Assembly (NCBI GenBank): GCA_963766715.1
Contig: CAVYBH010000015.1
Span: forward strand, 288,001 to 352,000
Origin: an uncultured delta proteobacterium
GTDB lineage: Bacteria > Myxococcota > Myxococcia > Myxococcales > Anaeromyxobacteraceae
Reading direction: 5' to 3'
Length of the DNA stretch: 64,000 bases
Shown: positions 21,811-31,172 of the stretch, piece after piece
How positions within the stretch are numbered: position 1 is the stretch's first letter
Layout of the letters: every line of letters starts with the position of its first letter
Position numbers and translations under genes: made by a program
Notes under the pieces: model-generated
Databases searched by the model: none
What the model was told of the DNA's origin: nothing
What the model saw: only the letters and a program-made list of their open reading frames with translations

Positions 21811-24080
21811 ATGCTCCACCTCTCCGTCCGGGCGGCCGCCGCCGCGATCGCGGTCGCCACCGCCCTCCCCGCCCTTCCCGCCGCCACCCCGCCCGGCCAC
21901 CACGCCGCCTCCTTCACGTCAGTGGAGGGGCCGCGCTGGGCTCGTACGAGGCCGGCTTCCTCTACTACATGCTGGCCGCCGGGCAGGTGAACGGCGGCGG
22001 CGGGCTCGACCTGCGGCTGGCGACCGGCGCCTCTGCCGGGAGCATCAACTCGCTCCTCGCGCTGGTCCACGCCGAGGGAGGGCTCCCGCTCGATCCCGAC
22101 CAGAGCCTGTTCGCGCGGGTCTGGCTGCCCATGGGCTTCCGCGAGCTCTTCCAGCCGGGCATGACCACGACGCTGGGCGCGTTCTCCCGCCAGGCCCTCC
22201 TCCAGGACGCGAGGCGGGTCGAGGAGGCCTTCCGCGCCGGGCTGCCGGCCTCGCTCGACGTGGTGCTGGCGGTGGCGGTGACCCGCGTCACGCCGCGGCA
22301 GCGCCGGATCGCGGCGGGCCGGGCCTCGGTCCCGCGCACCGAGGAGAAGTTCATCGTCCGCATCCAGGGGCGAGGTCCGGGGCAGATGCCCCGGATCACC
22401 AACTACGCGTCGGAGAGCCTGGAGGAGGAGCAGGCGCTCCTCCCGGAGGACGGCAAGGGCGAGATCGCCTTCGAGCGGCTGGCCAGCCTGCTCGTGGCGT
22501 CGGCCGCGTTCCCGGTGGCCTTCGCGCCGGAGAAGCTGGCCCACTGCATGGTGTCGACGCGCGGGAAGTCGCGGCCCTTCTGCCCGGTGTCGGAGGCGCG
22601 CGAGGAGCTCTTCGTCGACGGCGGGGTCTTCGACAACGCGCCGCTCCGCGTGGCGGCCTGGATCGCGGCCGGCGGCCTCCGCCCCGTGGACGGCAGGCTC
22701 CGCTGGCTCGACGCGCCGGTCTACGACGATCCGCGACCGCCGCGCGACGTCGACTTCGCCTTCCTCTCGGCCGAGGCCCGGGCCTACCCCACCGAGTCGG
22801 AGGCCCGGCGGGCCGAAGGCGACGGCGGGCTGCCCTCGCTCGTCGAGGAGGAGCTCGCGAGCTTCGTCGCGACCGCGCGGTCGAAGGAGCTCGACACGCT
22901 CGTCTCCGAGTACCCGGCGGTCACGAACGGGCTGCTCTTCGCCCAGCGCCACGTCCCCGCGGCGAGCGAGCCGATGCTGGCCTTCTTCGGCTTCTTCGAG
23001 CGTTCCTTCCGGTCGTTCGACTTCGCGCTGGGCATGTACGAGGCCCGCCGGCAGCTGCGGAAGAACCCGCTCGCGCGCGTGCAGGACCACCCCGGATCGA
23101 CCCGGTTCGTGCTGCCGGAGGAGTCCCCGGGCGCGAGGGAGAACGCCGCCTCCTGGGCGCCGCTCGCCTGCCTGGACGCGGTGCTCGACGGGGAGGGCGA
23201 CCCGGCCGTCGCCTGCGCCGGGGAGCGGCTCTCCAGCCTGCGCATCGTCCTGCAGACCTCGCTCGACCGGCTGTGGAACGCCTGCCAGGCCTTTCCCGCC
23301 ACCGGCCCCGAGGCGGCCGCCTACCCGGCCTGCACGCGGATCGTGGGGCACGCCAGGCGCCTCGCGTCCCCGGCGTCCCGGCCCCGCCCGGCTCCACGCT
23401 TGCGGGGCGCCTCCGAGTCGGAGACGGAGTACGTGGTCCGGCTGCTCGCCGACTACGGCTTCGACTGGACCGACATGGGCTACGGCCGGGCCGACGCGGC
23501 CCACGCGCTGGTGGGCATCCGGGGAGAGCTGCAGGCCGTGTCGCGGACGCTGGCGAGGCGCCAGCCCACCCTCGCCGCCCGGAGCACCGTGCAGGCCGCC
23601 ACCAACCTGGCGGTCGACTCCGTCCACTACCTGCCCCCGCGCAGTGCACTCTGGGTCACGTTCGGGCGCGCGCTCGAGGTGGGCGGCGGGGTGGCGGTGG
23701 TCGACACGCTCTGGCTGCGGCTCAGCGGCGCGCTGAAGCTCCAGAACCTCCTGACCGCCGTCTCCTCGGACCCGACCTCGGTGAGCCTGCTGCCGGTGGC
23801 CGGCGTCGAGGTGGTGCCGGCCGCCATCGGGACCTCGGTCGTCCAGCCGAGCTTCCTGCTCCGGGGCGGCTACCTCTTCGACTTCAACGACGCGGGCTGC
23901 GGCGGGAGCGCCGGGACCAGCATCGGCGAGTGCTCGCGACCGGAGGTCGAGATCGGGGCGGCGGTGGTGATCGCCTCCCTGCTCCGGATCCAGTTCCTGG
24001 TGGAGTGGTACCCGGCGGCCCGCGGCGCCCGCGGCCTCTGGGGGCTGGCGCCGTCGATGGGCTTCCAGCTCGGGTTCTGA
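21811..24080 (+). CDS. Exported patatin-like phospholipase with C-terminal beta-rich domain (indel near 21915)
   Basis: Signal peptide; VSGGAALGSYEAG Gly-rich loop (manual translation), GASAG, ASAAFP, DGGVFDN; ends GFQLGF. Confidence 0.85.
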
Positions 24081-24089
24081 TCGGGAGGA

Positions 24090-24215
24090 GGAGGAACGGG
24101 AGAGGGGGCCGGCCGTCCTTCCGGAACCCCTCTCCCCCTTCACGCCGCGTGCGCCCCTAGGGAGGACGCGCGCGTCGCCTTCGTTCAGGCCCCGGCAGCA
24201 CCGCCGGGACCTCGA
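24090..24215 (-). ncRNA. Candidate sigma54-dependent sRNA with three stem-loops
   Basis: Downstream of a sigma54 motif at 24226-24241; two hairpins plus terminal GGGAGAGGGG/CCCCTCTCCC hairpin; no credible ORF. Confidence 0.6.
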
Positions 24216-24225
24216 CTGGGAGTGT

Positions 24226-24241
24226 AGCAAGCCCGGGGCCA
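24226..24241 (-). promoter_or_regulatory. Sigma54 -24/-12 promoter
   Basis: Minus strand TGGCCCCGGGCTTGCT = TGGC-N7-TTGCT. Confidence 0.7.
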
Positions 24242-24456
24242 TCCGGTCTCCCCGCCGGCCGATCGCCCAAGCGGTCGGGATCGCGGTGAATCCAACTTCT
24301 TTTCCCGCGCCCCCCCGGCCCGCGCCGGCGCGGACGGCCACCCTGGGTGCCCGGGGCACCCCGCCCCCCGGCACCCTTCCGGTCTCGGGGCCCCGAGGTT
24401 GTGGTACCTTTTCCGGCCCGGCCACGTGGGCCGGCTGCAACGTTCACGGAGACAGC

Positions 24457-25545
24457 ATGAGCACGAAGAAGCTCCGCGTCGGCGTCCTCGGCGCCACCGG
24501 CATGGTCGGCCAGAGGTTCCTGTCGCTCCTCGAGAACCACCCCTGGTACGAGATCACCCTCGTCGCCGCCAGCGCCAACTCGGCGGGCCAGAAGTACGCC
24601 GACGCCGTGAAGGGTCGCTGGGCGCTCGGGAGCCCCCCGCCGGCGAAGTCCGGCGCGCTGGTGGTCCAGAACGCCTCCGACGTGGCCCGGATCGCCGACC
24701 AGGTCGACCTGGTCTTCTGCGCGGTGGACATGAGCAAGGAGGAGACGGCCAAGCTCGAGGAGGACTACGCGCGCCGCGAGACGCCGGTGGTCTCCAACAA
24801 CTCGGCCCACCGCGCCACGCCCGACGTGCCGATGATGGTGCCCGAGGTGAACCCGGAGCACGCCTCGGTGATCGAGGCCCAGCGGCGCCGGCTCGGCACC
24901 CGCCGCGGCTTCGTGGCCGTGAAGCCCAACTGCTCGCTGCAGAGCTACGTGCCGGCCATCCATCCCCTCATGGCCTTCGGGCCGAAGCGCATCGCGGTCT
25001 GCACGTACCAGGCGATCAGCGGCGCCGGGAAGACCTTCGAGAGCTGGCCCGAGATGGTGGACAACCTCATCCCCTTCATCAAGGGCGAGGAGGAGAAGTC
25101 GGAGAAGGAGCCCATGAAGATCTGGGGCAAGGAGGTGGACGGCCGGATCGTCCCCGCCTCGAACCCGGTCATCTCGGCCCAGTGCCTCCGCGTCCCGGTC
25201 TCCGACGGCCACATGGCCGCGGTCTTCGTCCAGTTCGACCGCAAGCCGTCGAAGGAGGAGATCATCGAGCTGTGGCGAGGGTTCGTGGGCAAGCCGCAGG
25301 TCCTCGACCTGCCCAGCGCGCCGAAGCCCTTCCTCACCTACTTCGAGGACGACAGCCGCCCCCAGACGAAGCTCGACCGGGACGCGGGTGGCGGCATGGG
25401 CGTGACCATCGGCCGGCTGCGCCCCGACGCCCTCTTCGACTACCGGTTCGTGGCCCTGAGCCACAACACGGTCCGCGGGGCGGCGGGTGGCGCGGTGCTG
25501 ACGGCCGAGCTGCTCACCCAGGAAGGCTACATCCAGGCGAAGTAG
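24457..25545 (+). CDS. asd: Aspartate-semialdehyde dehydrogenase
   Basis: VGVLGATGMVGQRF, SNNSAHR, PEVN, KPNC, QAISGAG, RVPVSDGH, SHNTVRGAAG. Confidence 0.96.
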   Translation: MSTKKLRVGVLGATGMVGQRFLSLLENHPWYEITLVAASANSAGQKYADAVKGRWALGSPPPAKSGALVVQNASDVARIADQVDLVFCAVDMSKEETAKLEEDYARRETPVVSNNSAHRATPDVPMMVPEVNPEHASVIEAQRRRLGTRRGFVAVKPNCSLQSYVPAIHPLMAFGPKRIAVCTYQAISGAGKTFESWPEMVDNLIPFIKGEEEKSEKEPMKIWGKEVDGRIVPASNPVISAQCLRVPVSDGHMAAVFVQFDRKPSKEEIIELWRGFVGKPQVLDLPSAPKPFLTYFEDDSRPQTKLDRDAGGGMGVTIGRLRPDALFDYRFVALSHNTVRGAAGGAVLTAELLTQEGYIQAK

Positions 25546-25682
25546 CTCCTGGCCGGACCTGGGTGGGTGAAGGCACGCAGCCTGGGCCCTTTGCGGGGCC
25601 TTTGCCCCACGGGTCCGGCGTCCCTCACCTCGCAAGCGCCCGATCTCCGGGGATCCCGGGGTGGGCGTGGGGCGCCGAACTC

Positions 25683-25698
25683 TGGCACCTACCTTGCT
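25683..25698 (+). promoter_or_regulatory. Sigma54 -24/-12 promoter
   Basis: TGGCAC-CTACC-TTGCT, matches TGGCAC-N5-TTGC(A/T) consensus. Confidence 0.8.
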
Positions 25699-25708
25699 GT
25701 AAGTGCGA

Positions 25709-25864
25709 GTGGGACCGCGACGGGACCCAATCGGATTGGCGGTTTCTGGAGGGGGATCGCCAACCCGACGGCGCACTGCGCCAGACCCGCCTGCCGGCCC
25801 CGCCTATTGCTGGGGGAGATTCAGAAGGAGGCCACCTCGGAAGAGATGGCCTCCTTCCTCTTTT
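25709..25864 (+). ncRNA. Candidate sigma54-dependent sRNA (~155 nt)
   Basis: Between consensus sigma54 promoter and intrinsic terminator; long hairpin 25731-25768 with GGAG loop. Confidence 0.65.
25824..25864 (+). terminator. Intrinsic terminator
   Basis: GAAGGAGGCCA..GGAA loop..TGGCCTCCTTC followed by CTCTTTT. Confidence 0.85.
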
Positions 25865-25884
25865 CGGGCCCGGCCTCCGGCCGG

Positions 25885-26583
25885 CTAGTCCCGCCTGCCG
25901 CCGAAGACGTTCAGGATCGACAGGAACAGGTTGATGAAGTCGAGGTAGAGGGCCAGCGCGCCGTTCACCGGCAGCGCGGCCACGCCCGCACCGGCGGCCG
26001 CCATGCGACGCAGGCGCTGGGTGTCGTAGGCGGTGAGCCCGGTGAAGACCACCACCCCGGCGGCGGAGAGCACCCACTGCATCATGCTGCTCTTCAGGAA
26101 GATGTTCACCAGGCTGGCGATGACGATGCCGATGAGCCCCATGAAGAGGAACGAGGACCAGCCGGAGAGGTCGCGCTTGGTCACGGTGGCGAAGACGCTC
26201 ATGGCGAGGAACGTGCCCGCCGTGACCGCGAACGCGGCCGCCACCGACGTGCCGGTGTAGGCGAGCAGCACGACCGAGAGGGTCGCGCCGGTGAGCGCCG
26301 AGTAGAGCAGGAAGAGCGCGCCGGCCACCCCGGCCGAGAGCTTGTTCACTGCCGCGGACAGCGCGATGACCAGGCCGAACTGGGCGATGACGAGCCCCCA
26401 GAAGACGGCGCGGTTGCCGAGGACGACCTGCAGCGCGGCGGGCGTGCTCGCCACGTAGAAGGCGACGCCGGCCGTGACGAGCAAGCCGAGGCTCATCCAG
26501 CGGTACACGGCGGACATGAAGCGGCGCTCGACGTCGGACGCGCCGCGGACCATCACCTGATAATTTTCGTATCCCTGTGCCAT
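25885..26583 (-). CDS. Bax inhibitor-1/YccA family membrane protein
   Basis: FMSAVYRWM, TKRDLS, GLTAYDTQ, ALALYLDFINLF. Confidence 0.93.
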   Translation of the reverse strand: MAQGYENYQVMVRGASDVERRFMSAVYRWMSLGLLVTAGVAFYVASTPAALQVVLGNRAVFWGLVIAQFGLVIALSAAVNKLSAGVAGALFLLYSALTGATLSVVLLAYTGTSVAAAFAVTAGTFLAMSVFATVTKRDLSGWSSFLFMGLIGIVIASLVNIFLKSSMMQWVLSAAGVVVFTGLTAYDTQRLRRMAAAGAGVAALPVNGALALYLDFINLFLSILNVFGGRRD

Positions 26584-26661
26584 GCCGGGGATCTTAACCA
26601 TCCCGGCGGGGGAAGCCAGCACCGGCCGGGGCGTTTCCGGCCCGGAAGGCCCGCCAGCGCG

Positions 26662-27306
26662 TCAGAGCCGCTCGAGCACCGGCAGGAGCTCCCCCACCTC
26701 GGCGGCCCAGGCCCGGGGAGCGGCGGGCTCGAGCTCGGCCCGGGTGAACGGCCCCCAGAGCGTGGCCACGGTGGCCACCCCGGCGGCGTTGCCGGCGCGC
26801 ACGTCGTGGGGCGAGTCGCCGACGAAGGCGGCCTCTCCCGGCGCGGCGGAGAGCGCGCCCAGCGCGAACCGCACCGGCTCGGGGTCGGGCTTGTGGCGAG
26901 CCGTGGACTCGAGCCCGACCACCACCTCGAAGTGACCGAGGAGGCCGAGGAATTCGAGGGAGCGGCGCGCCGAGGGCTCGAGCTTGGAGGTGACGACCGC
27001 CATGCGCACGCCGCGGCGGCCGAGCGCGTCGAGCACGTCCGGCACCCCCGGGAAGGCGCGCACCATGGCGTCGTGGTGCGCCCACTGGTGCTCCTTGTAG
27101 CGCTCCTTGAGGAGCGCCACGTCGGCCTCGTCCGCGGCCCAGCGCCGGATCATGGCGTCGAGCGGGGTTCCGATGAGGGCCACCCATTCCGGCACGGAGG
27201 GCGCGCAGGCACGCCCGGCGAAGGCGTGCTGCATCGACGCCACGATGAGCGGGATCGAGTCGATGAGGGTCCCGTCCAGGTCGAACAGGACCGCGCGGGG
27301 CATCAT
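26662..27306 (-). CDS. HAD-superfamily hydrolase (PpaX/phosphoglycolate phosphatase-like)
   Basis: FDLDGTL, VTSK, HKPDPEP, VGDSPHD. Confidence 0.92.
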   Translation of the reverse strand: MMPRAVLFDLDGTLIDSIPLIVASMQHAFAGRACAPSVPEWVALIGTPLDAMIRRWAADEADVALLKERYKEHQWAHHDAMVRAFPGVPDVLDALGRRGVRMAVVTSKLEPSARRSLEFLGLLGHFEVVVGLESTARHKPDPEPVRFALGALSAAPGEAAFVGDSPHDVRAGNAAGVATVATLWGPFTRAELEPAAPRAWAAEVGELLPVLERL

Positions 27307-27328
27307 CGACCCGATCCCGGGGCGGCGC

Positions 27329-30300
27329 CTACAGGAGGCCGGGCTTGCCGGCCTTGAAGCGGTTGAACTCGGTGACCAGCAGGTCGACGTGCTCCCGCTC
27401 CTCGGCGGCCAGCTCCCTGTAGAGCTGCCCCTCGACGGATCCGGCCGGCGCCTGGGCGCCCTTCTCGGCGAAGAACTTCACCGCCCGCTGCTCGAACGCG
27501 ATGGCGATCCGGAAGAGGTTGGCGGGGTCCTTGGGGTCGTTGGGGATCCCGGCGTACACGGCGGCACGCTCGGTCTTGAAGCCGGCCGACGCCTCGGCCA
27601 CGTCGGCGTGGTAGCGCGCCGACAGGGTGGCCATGTGCTCCTTCTCCATCTCGGCGAACTTGCCGAAGAGGTCGCGGAGCAGCGGGTCGGTCGACTCGGC
27701 GGCGGCCCGCTTGTAGAAGGCCATGCCGCCCAGCTCGATCTCGAAGGCGGTGCGGATGGCGTCGAGGGCCTTGGCGTCGGCGATGGAACGCTCGCCCATC
27801 TGCGCGAGCTTGCCGCCGCAGGCCGGGCACTGGCCGTACGGGAAGGCGAAGCCCTCGCTCACCTTGGCGCACGCCTCACAGCGCCACTGGATCTTGGCGT
27901 CGGCGCAGCAGATGTACTCCTCGTCGCCGTCGAGCGGCTGGCGGCACTTCGGACAGGTCTTCGCACCGGCATCCACGGGGGCGGCTCCCTCTGCGGTCGG
28001 GGCGGCGCCGGCGACTCCCTTGCCGAGCGCCGTCATGGGGACGAAGGCTTCCAGGTCGGCGCCGGTCACCGGCCACTTCGACTTCCGGGCCGACAGCCAG
28101 GTGGCGATGCCCTTGGCGGCCCGGCGACCCGCGCCCATGGCGAGGATGACCGTGGCGCCACCGGTGACGATGTCACCGCCGGCGAAGACGCCGGGAAGGG
28201 TCGTGGCCTGGGCGACGTCGTCGGCGACCACGTTGCCCCACTTGTTGAGGCCGAGCCCCGGGGTGGCCTGGGTGATGATCGGGTTCGCCTTGGTGCCGAG
28301 CGCGTAGATCACCGTGTCGCACTGGAGGTCCTTGAAGCGGCCGGTGGGGACGGGCTTGCGGCGCCCCTTCTCGTCCGGGTCGCCGAGCTGCATCTCCTCC
28401 ACCTTCATGCCGCGGACGTTGCCCTCGGCGTCGGTGTAGATCTCCACCGGCGCGTGGAGGAAGAAGAAGTCGATCCCCTCCTCCTTGGCGTGGCGGATCT
28501 CCTCGATGCGGGCCGGGGCCTCGGCCTCGGTGCGCCGGTAGACGCAGCGGACGGTGGCCGCGCCGATGCGCTTCGAGACGCGCAGGCAGTCCATGGCGGT
28601 GTTGCCGGCGCCGATGACCACCACGCTCTGCCCGACGTTCACCGGGGTGTCGAGGTAGGGGAACTTGTCGCCGCCCATGAGGTTCACGCGGGTCAGGAAC
28701 TCGTTGGCCGAGTAGACCTGCCCGGCGAACTCACCGGGGATCCCGAGGAACGTGGGGGCGCCGGCGCCGACGCCGAGGAACACCGCGTCGAAGCCCTTGT
28801 CCTTCATGAGCTGGTCGACCGTGAAGGTCTTGCCCACCACCTTGTTGGTCTCGAGCTTCACGCCCATGTCCTTCAGGCGGTTCACCTCGCGGTCGATGAT
28901 GTCGCGGGGGAGCCGGAAGGACGGGATGCCGTAGCGGAGCACGCCACCGACCACGTGGAGCGCCTCGTAGATGGTCACCTCTGCGCCGTAGCGCACCAGG
29001 TCGGCGGCGGCGGCGAGTCCGGCCGGGCCGGAGCCCACCACGGCCACCTTGCCCAGCTTGCGCTCGAAGCGCGGGGGCACGGCCGGAGGCGGCTTGGCGT
29101 TGTCACCGACGAAGCGCTCGAGCCGGCCGATGGCGACCGACTCGACCTTCTTGTTGATGATGCACTGGGCCTCGCACTGCGACTCCTGCGGGCAGACGCG
29201 GCCGCAGACCGAGGGGAACATGTTGGCGTCGTAGATGGCCTCGAGGGCGCCGTCGAGGTCGCGGACGAGGAGGTGCCGGATGAAGCGCGGGATGTCGATC
29301 TGGACCGGACAGCCGGCGATGCAGGTCGGCTTCGCGCACTGGATGCAGCGCTCGGCCTCGCGCAGGGCGTCCTGCAGCGAGAAGCCCAGGTTCACTTCCT
29401 TGAAGTTGCGGGAGCGCTCGAGCGCGTCGCGCTCGGGCATGTGGACCTGGTGCGGCTCGAGCTCCTTGATCTTCTTGTAGTTGCGCTTCTGCTCGTCGAA
29501 GAGCTGCTTCTCGAGGTTGCAGACGTGCGCGTAGTCCTGGTTCGCCGTCTCCTCCTGGCCCTTGAAGCGCTTCTGCCGGGCCATGAGCTCCTTGAAGTCG
29601 ACCTTGTGCCCGTCGAAGTCCGGGCCCTCGACGCAGGCGAACTTCACCTGGCCGTCGACCGTGACGCGGCAGGAGCCGCACATGCCGGTCCCGTCCACCA
29701 TGATGGCGTTCAGGGACACCATGGTCTTCACGCCGAACGGGCGGGAGGTCTCCACGCAGCCGTACATCATCGGGAGCGGCCCGATGGCGACGACCATGTC
29801 GGGCTTCTGCGTCTCGAGGATCTCCTTCAGCGCCACCGTGACGAAGCCGGGCTTGCCGTAGCTGCCGTCGTCGGTGCAGACGATGAGGTTGTCCGAGTAC
29901 TTCTTGAACTTGTCCTCCCAGAAGACCAGGTCCTTGTTGCGGAACCCAATGATGCTGGTGGTCTTGCAGCCCGCCTCCTTGAAGGCGCGCAGCTGGGGGA
30001 AGACCGGGGCCACGCCCAGGCCGCCGCCGACGAAGACCACGTGCTTCCCGGCCTCGACGTGCTGGGGCATCCCCAGCGGGCCGACGAAGTCGAGGAAGGA
30101 GTCGCCCTGGGCGTAGTTCTCCATCATCTCCTTCGTGGTCTTCCCGAGCGCCTGGATCACCATGGTGATCGTCCCGGCGTCGCGGTCGTAGTCGGCCACC
30201 GTGAGCGGGATGCGCTCGGCGCCCTCCCGCAGGCGCAGCATCACGAAGTGACCGGCCTGGGCCGACTTCGCGACGTCGGGGGCCTCGACCTCCCAGAGGA

Positions 30301-30343
30301 AGGTGGTGGGCGAGAAGACCTGGTGGCGGACAATCTTGTACAT
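27329..30343 (-). CDS. Fused NfnA-NfnB (SudB-SudA/GltD-like) oxidoreductase with C-terminal Cys-rich and ferritin-like domains
   Basis: ERIPLT, GPLG, DGTGMCGSCRV..C (2Fe-2S); CIQC..C..GCP, CGRVCPQESQC, GSGPAG, GAGNTAMD, GGDIVTG; CPKC/CC/CEAC/CPAC; two E..ExxH pairs. Confidence 0.9.
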   Translation of the reverse strand: MYKIVRHQVFSPTTFLWEVEAPDVAKSAQAGHFVMLRLREGAERIPLTVADYDRDAGTITMVIQALGKTTKEMMENYAQGDSFLDFVGPLGMPQHVEAGKHVVFVGGGLGVAPVFPQLRAFKEAGCKTTSIIGFRNKDLVFWEDKFKKYSDNLIVCTDDGSYGKPGFVTVALKEILETQKPDMVVAIGPLPMMYGCVETSRPFGVKTMVSLNAIMVDGTGMCGSCRVTVDGQVKFACVEGPDFDGHKVDFKELMARQKRFKGQEETANQDYAHVCNLEKQLFDEQKRNYKKIKELEPHQVHMPERDALERSRNFKEVNLGFSLQDALREAERCIQCAKPTCIAGCPVQIDIPRFIRHLLVRDLDGALEAIYDANMFPSVCGRVCPQESQCEAQCIINKKVESVAIGRLERFVGDNAKPPPAVPPRFERKLGKVAVVGSGPAGLAAAADLVRYGAEVTIYEALHVVGGVLRYGIPSFRLPRDIIDREVNRLKDMGVKLETNKVVGKTFTVDQLMKDKGFDAVFLGVGAGAPTFLGIPGEFAGQVYSANEFLTRVNLMGGDKFPYLDTPVNVGQSVVVIGAGNTAMDCLRVSKRIGAATVRCVYRRTEAEAPARIEEIRHAKEEGIDFFFLHAPVEIYTDAEGNVRGMKVEEMQLGDPDEKGRRKPVPTGRFKDLQCDTVIYALGTKANPIITQATPGLGLNKWGNVVADDVAQATTLPGVFAGGDIVTGGATVILAMGAGRRAAKGIATWLSARKSKWPVTGADLEAFVPMTALGKGVAGAAPTAEGAAPVDAGAKTCPKCRQPLDGDEEYICCADAKIQWRCEACAKVSEGFAFPYGQCPACGGKLAQMGERSIADAKALDAIRTAFEIELGGMAFYKRAAAESTDPLLRDLFGKFAEMEKEHMATLSARYHADVAEASAGFKTERAAVYAGIPNDPKDPANLFRIAIAFEQRAVKFFAEKGAQAPAGSVEGQLYRELAAEEREHVDLLVTEFNRFKAGKPGLL

Positions 30344-30404
30344 GGGCTTCCGTTCCTCTTTCGGCGATGAGGGAGCACCGGGAGGGGTTTCCGGCGGGAC
30401 GACG

Positions 30405-30433
30405 TTGGTACCAGCGACCACTGTACCCGTCAA
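30405..30433 (-). promoter_or_regulatory. Candidate sigma70 promoter of the nfn fusion gene
   Basis: Minus strand TTGACG-N17-TACCAA with TG extension. Confidence 0.5.
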
Positions 30434-30552
30434 GGGCAACCCGTAGGGTCAGGGTCGCCAAAAAACGTGTAAACGGCGGGGGGTTGCGCCGCGTCAAGCT
30501 CTTCGGGGCACGTCCCCTTGCGCCCGGCGCCCCGCGGGGGCAGGAACTAGCC

Positions 30553-31149
30553 ATGGCGAGCGAGCAATCGGCATCCCACCTGGCCCCCGGCTTCCTCGTC
30601 GCCGCCCCCGCCCTGCGCGACCCCAACTTCGCCGGATCGCTCGTCCTCATGACCGGCCACCGCAAGGAAGGGGCGATGGGCTTCGTCGTGAACCGGCCCG
30701 CCGCGCTCACGGCGGCGGTCATGCTCGCGGCGGTCGACGACCGGCTCGGGGGGCTGGCGCGGGAGTCGGCCCACGGGAGCCAGCCGGTGCTGGTGGGGGG
30801 CCCCGTGGCGCAGGAGCAGGTCTGGGTGCTCTACCGGCGCGGCTCCGTGACCGACGACGACGACGCCATCCGGGTGGGCCGGCACTTCGCGGTGGGGAGC
30901 TCCCGGCCGGTGCTGGAGTCGATCCTGCGCAGCGCGGACGCCGGCCCGGTCCAGCTCTTCATCGGATATTCCGGCTGGGCGCCCCTCCAGCTCGAGAACG
31001 AGATCGCGCAGGGCGCCTGGGTCCCCGCCGCCTTCGACGAGGAGCTCGTGACCACCGTCCCCGTGGCCGATCGGTGGGGCGCGGCGGTGCGGCGCCTGGG
31101 GCTCGACCCGGCCGGGTTCCTGGTGGGAGGCGGCGGCGCGCTGGCCTGA
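30553..31149 (+). CDS. YqgE/AlgH family protein
   Basis: FLVAAP.L.DPNF, GAMGFVVNRP, GGPV, GYSGW..QLE.EI..GAW. Confidence 0.92.
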   Translation: MASEQSASHLAPGFLVAAPALRDPNFAGSLVLMTGHRKEGAMGFVVNRPAALTAAVMLAAVDDRLGGLARESAHGSQPVLVGGPVAQEQVWVLYRRGSVTDDDDAIRVGRHFAVGSSRPVLESILRSADAGPVQLFIGYSGWAPLQLENEIAQGAWVPAAFDEELVTTVPVADRWGAAVRRLGLDPAGFLVGGGGALA

Positions 31150-31172
31150 TAGGATCGGCGCCGGAGGGGACC

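Noticed and set aside
25703..25888. 61-aa ORF over the plus-strand sRNA candidate
   Set aside because: Many A/T third positions unlike local genes and it runs through the terminator; a peptide from GTG 25709 is not fully excluded
27329..30343. Glutamate synthase small subunit call
   Set aside because: No gltB adjacent, and the N-terminal NfnA-like domain fits Nfn better
30505..30521. Sigma54-like GGCACG..TTGC upstream of yqgE
   Set aside because: GG-to-GC spacing is 11 rather than 10; valid only if the C run is miscalled
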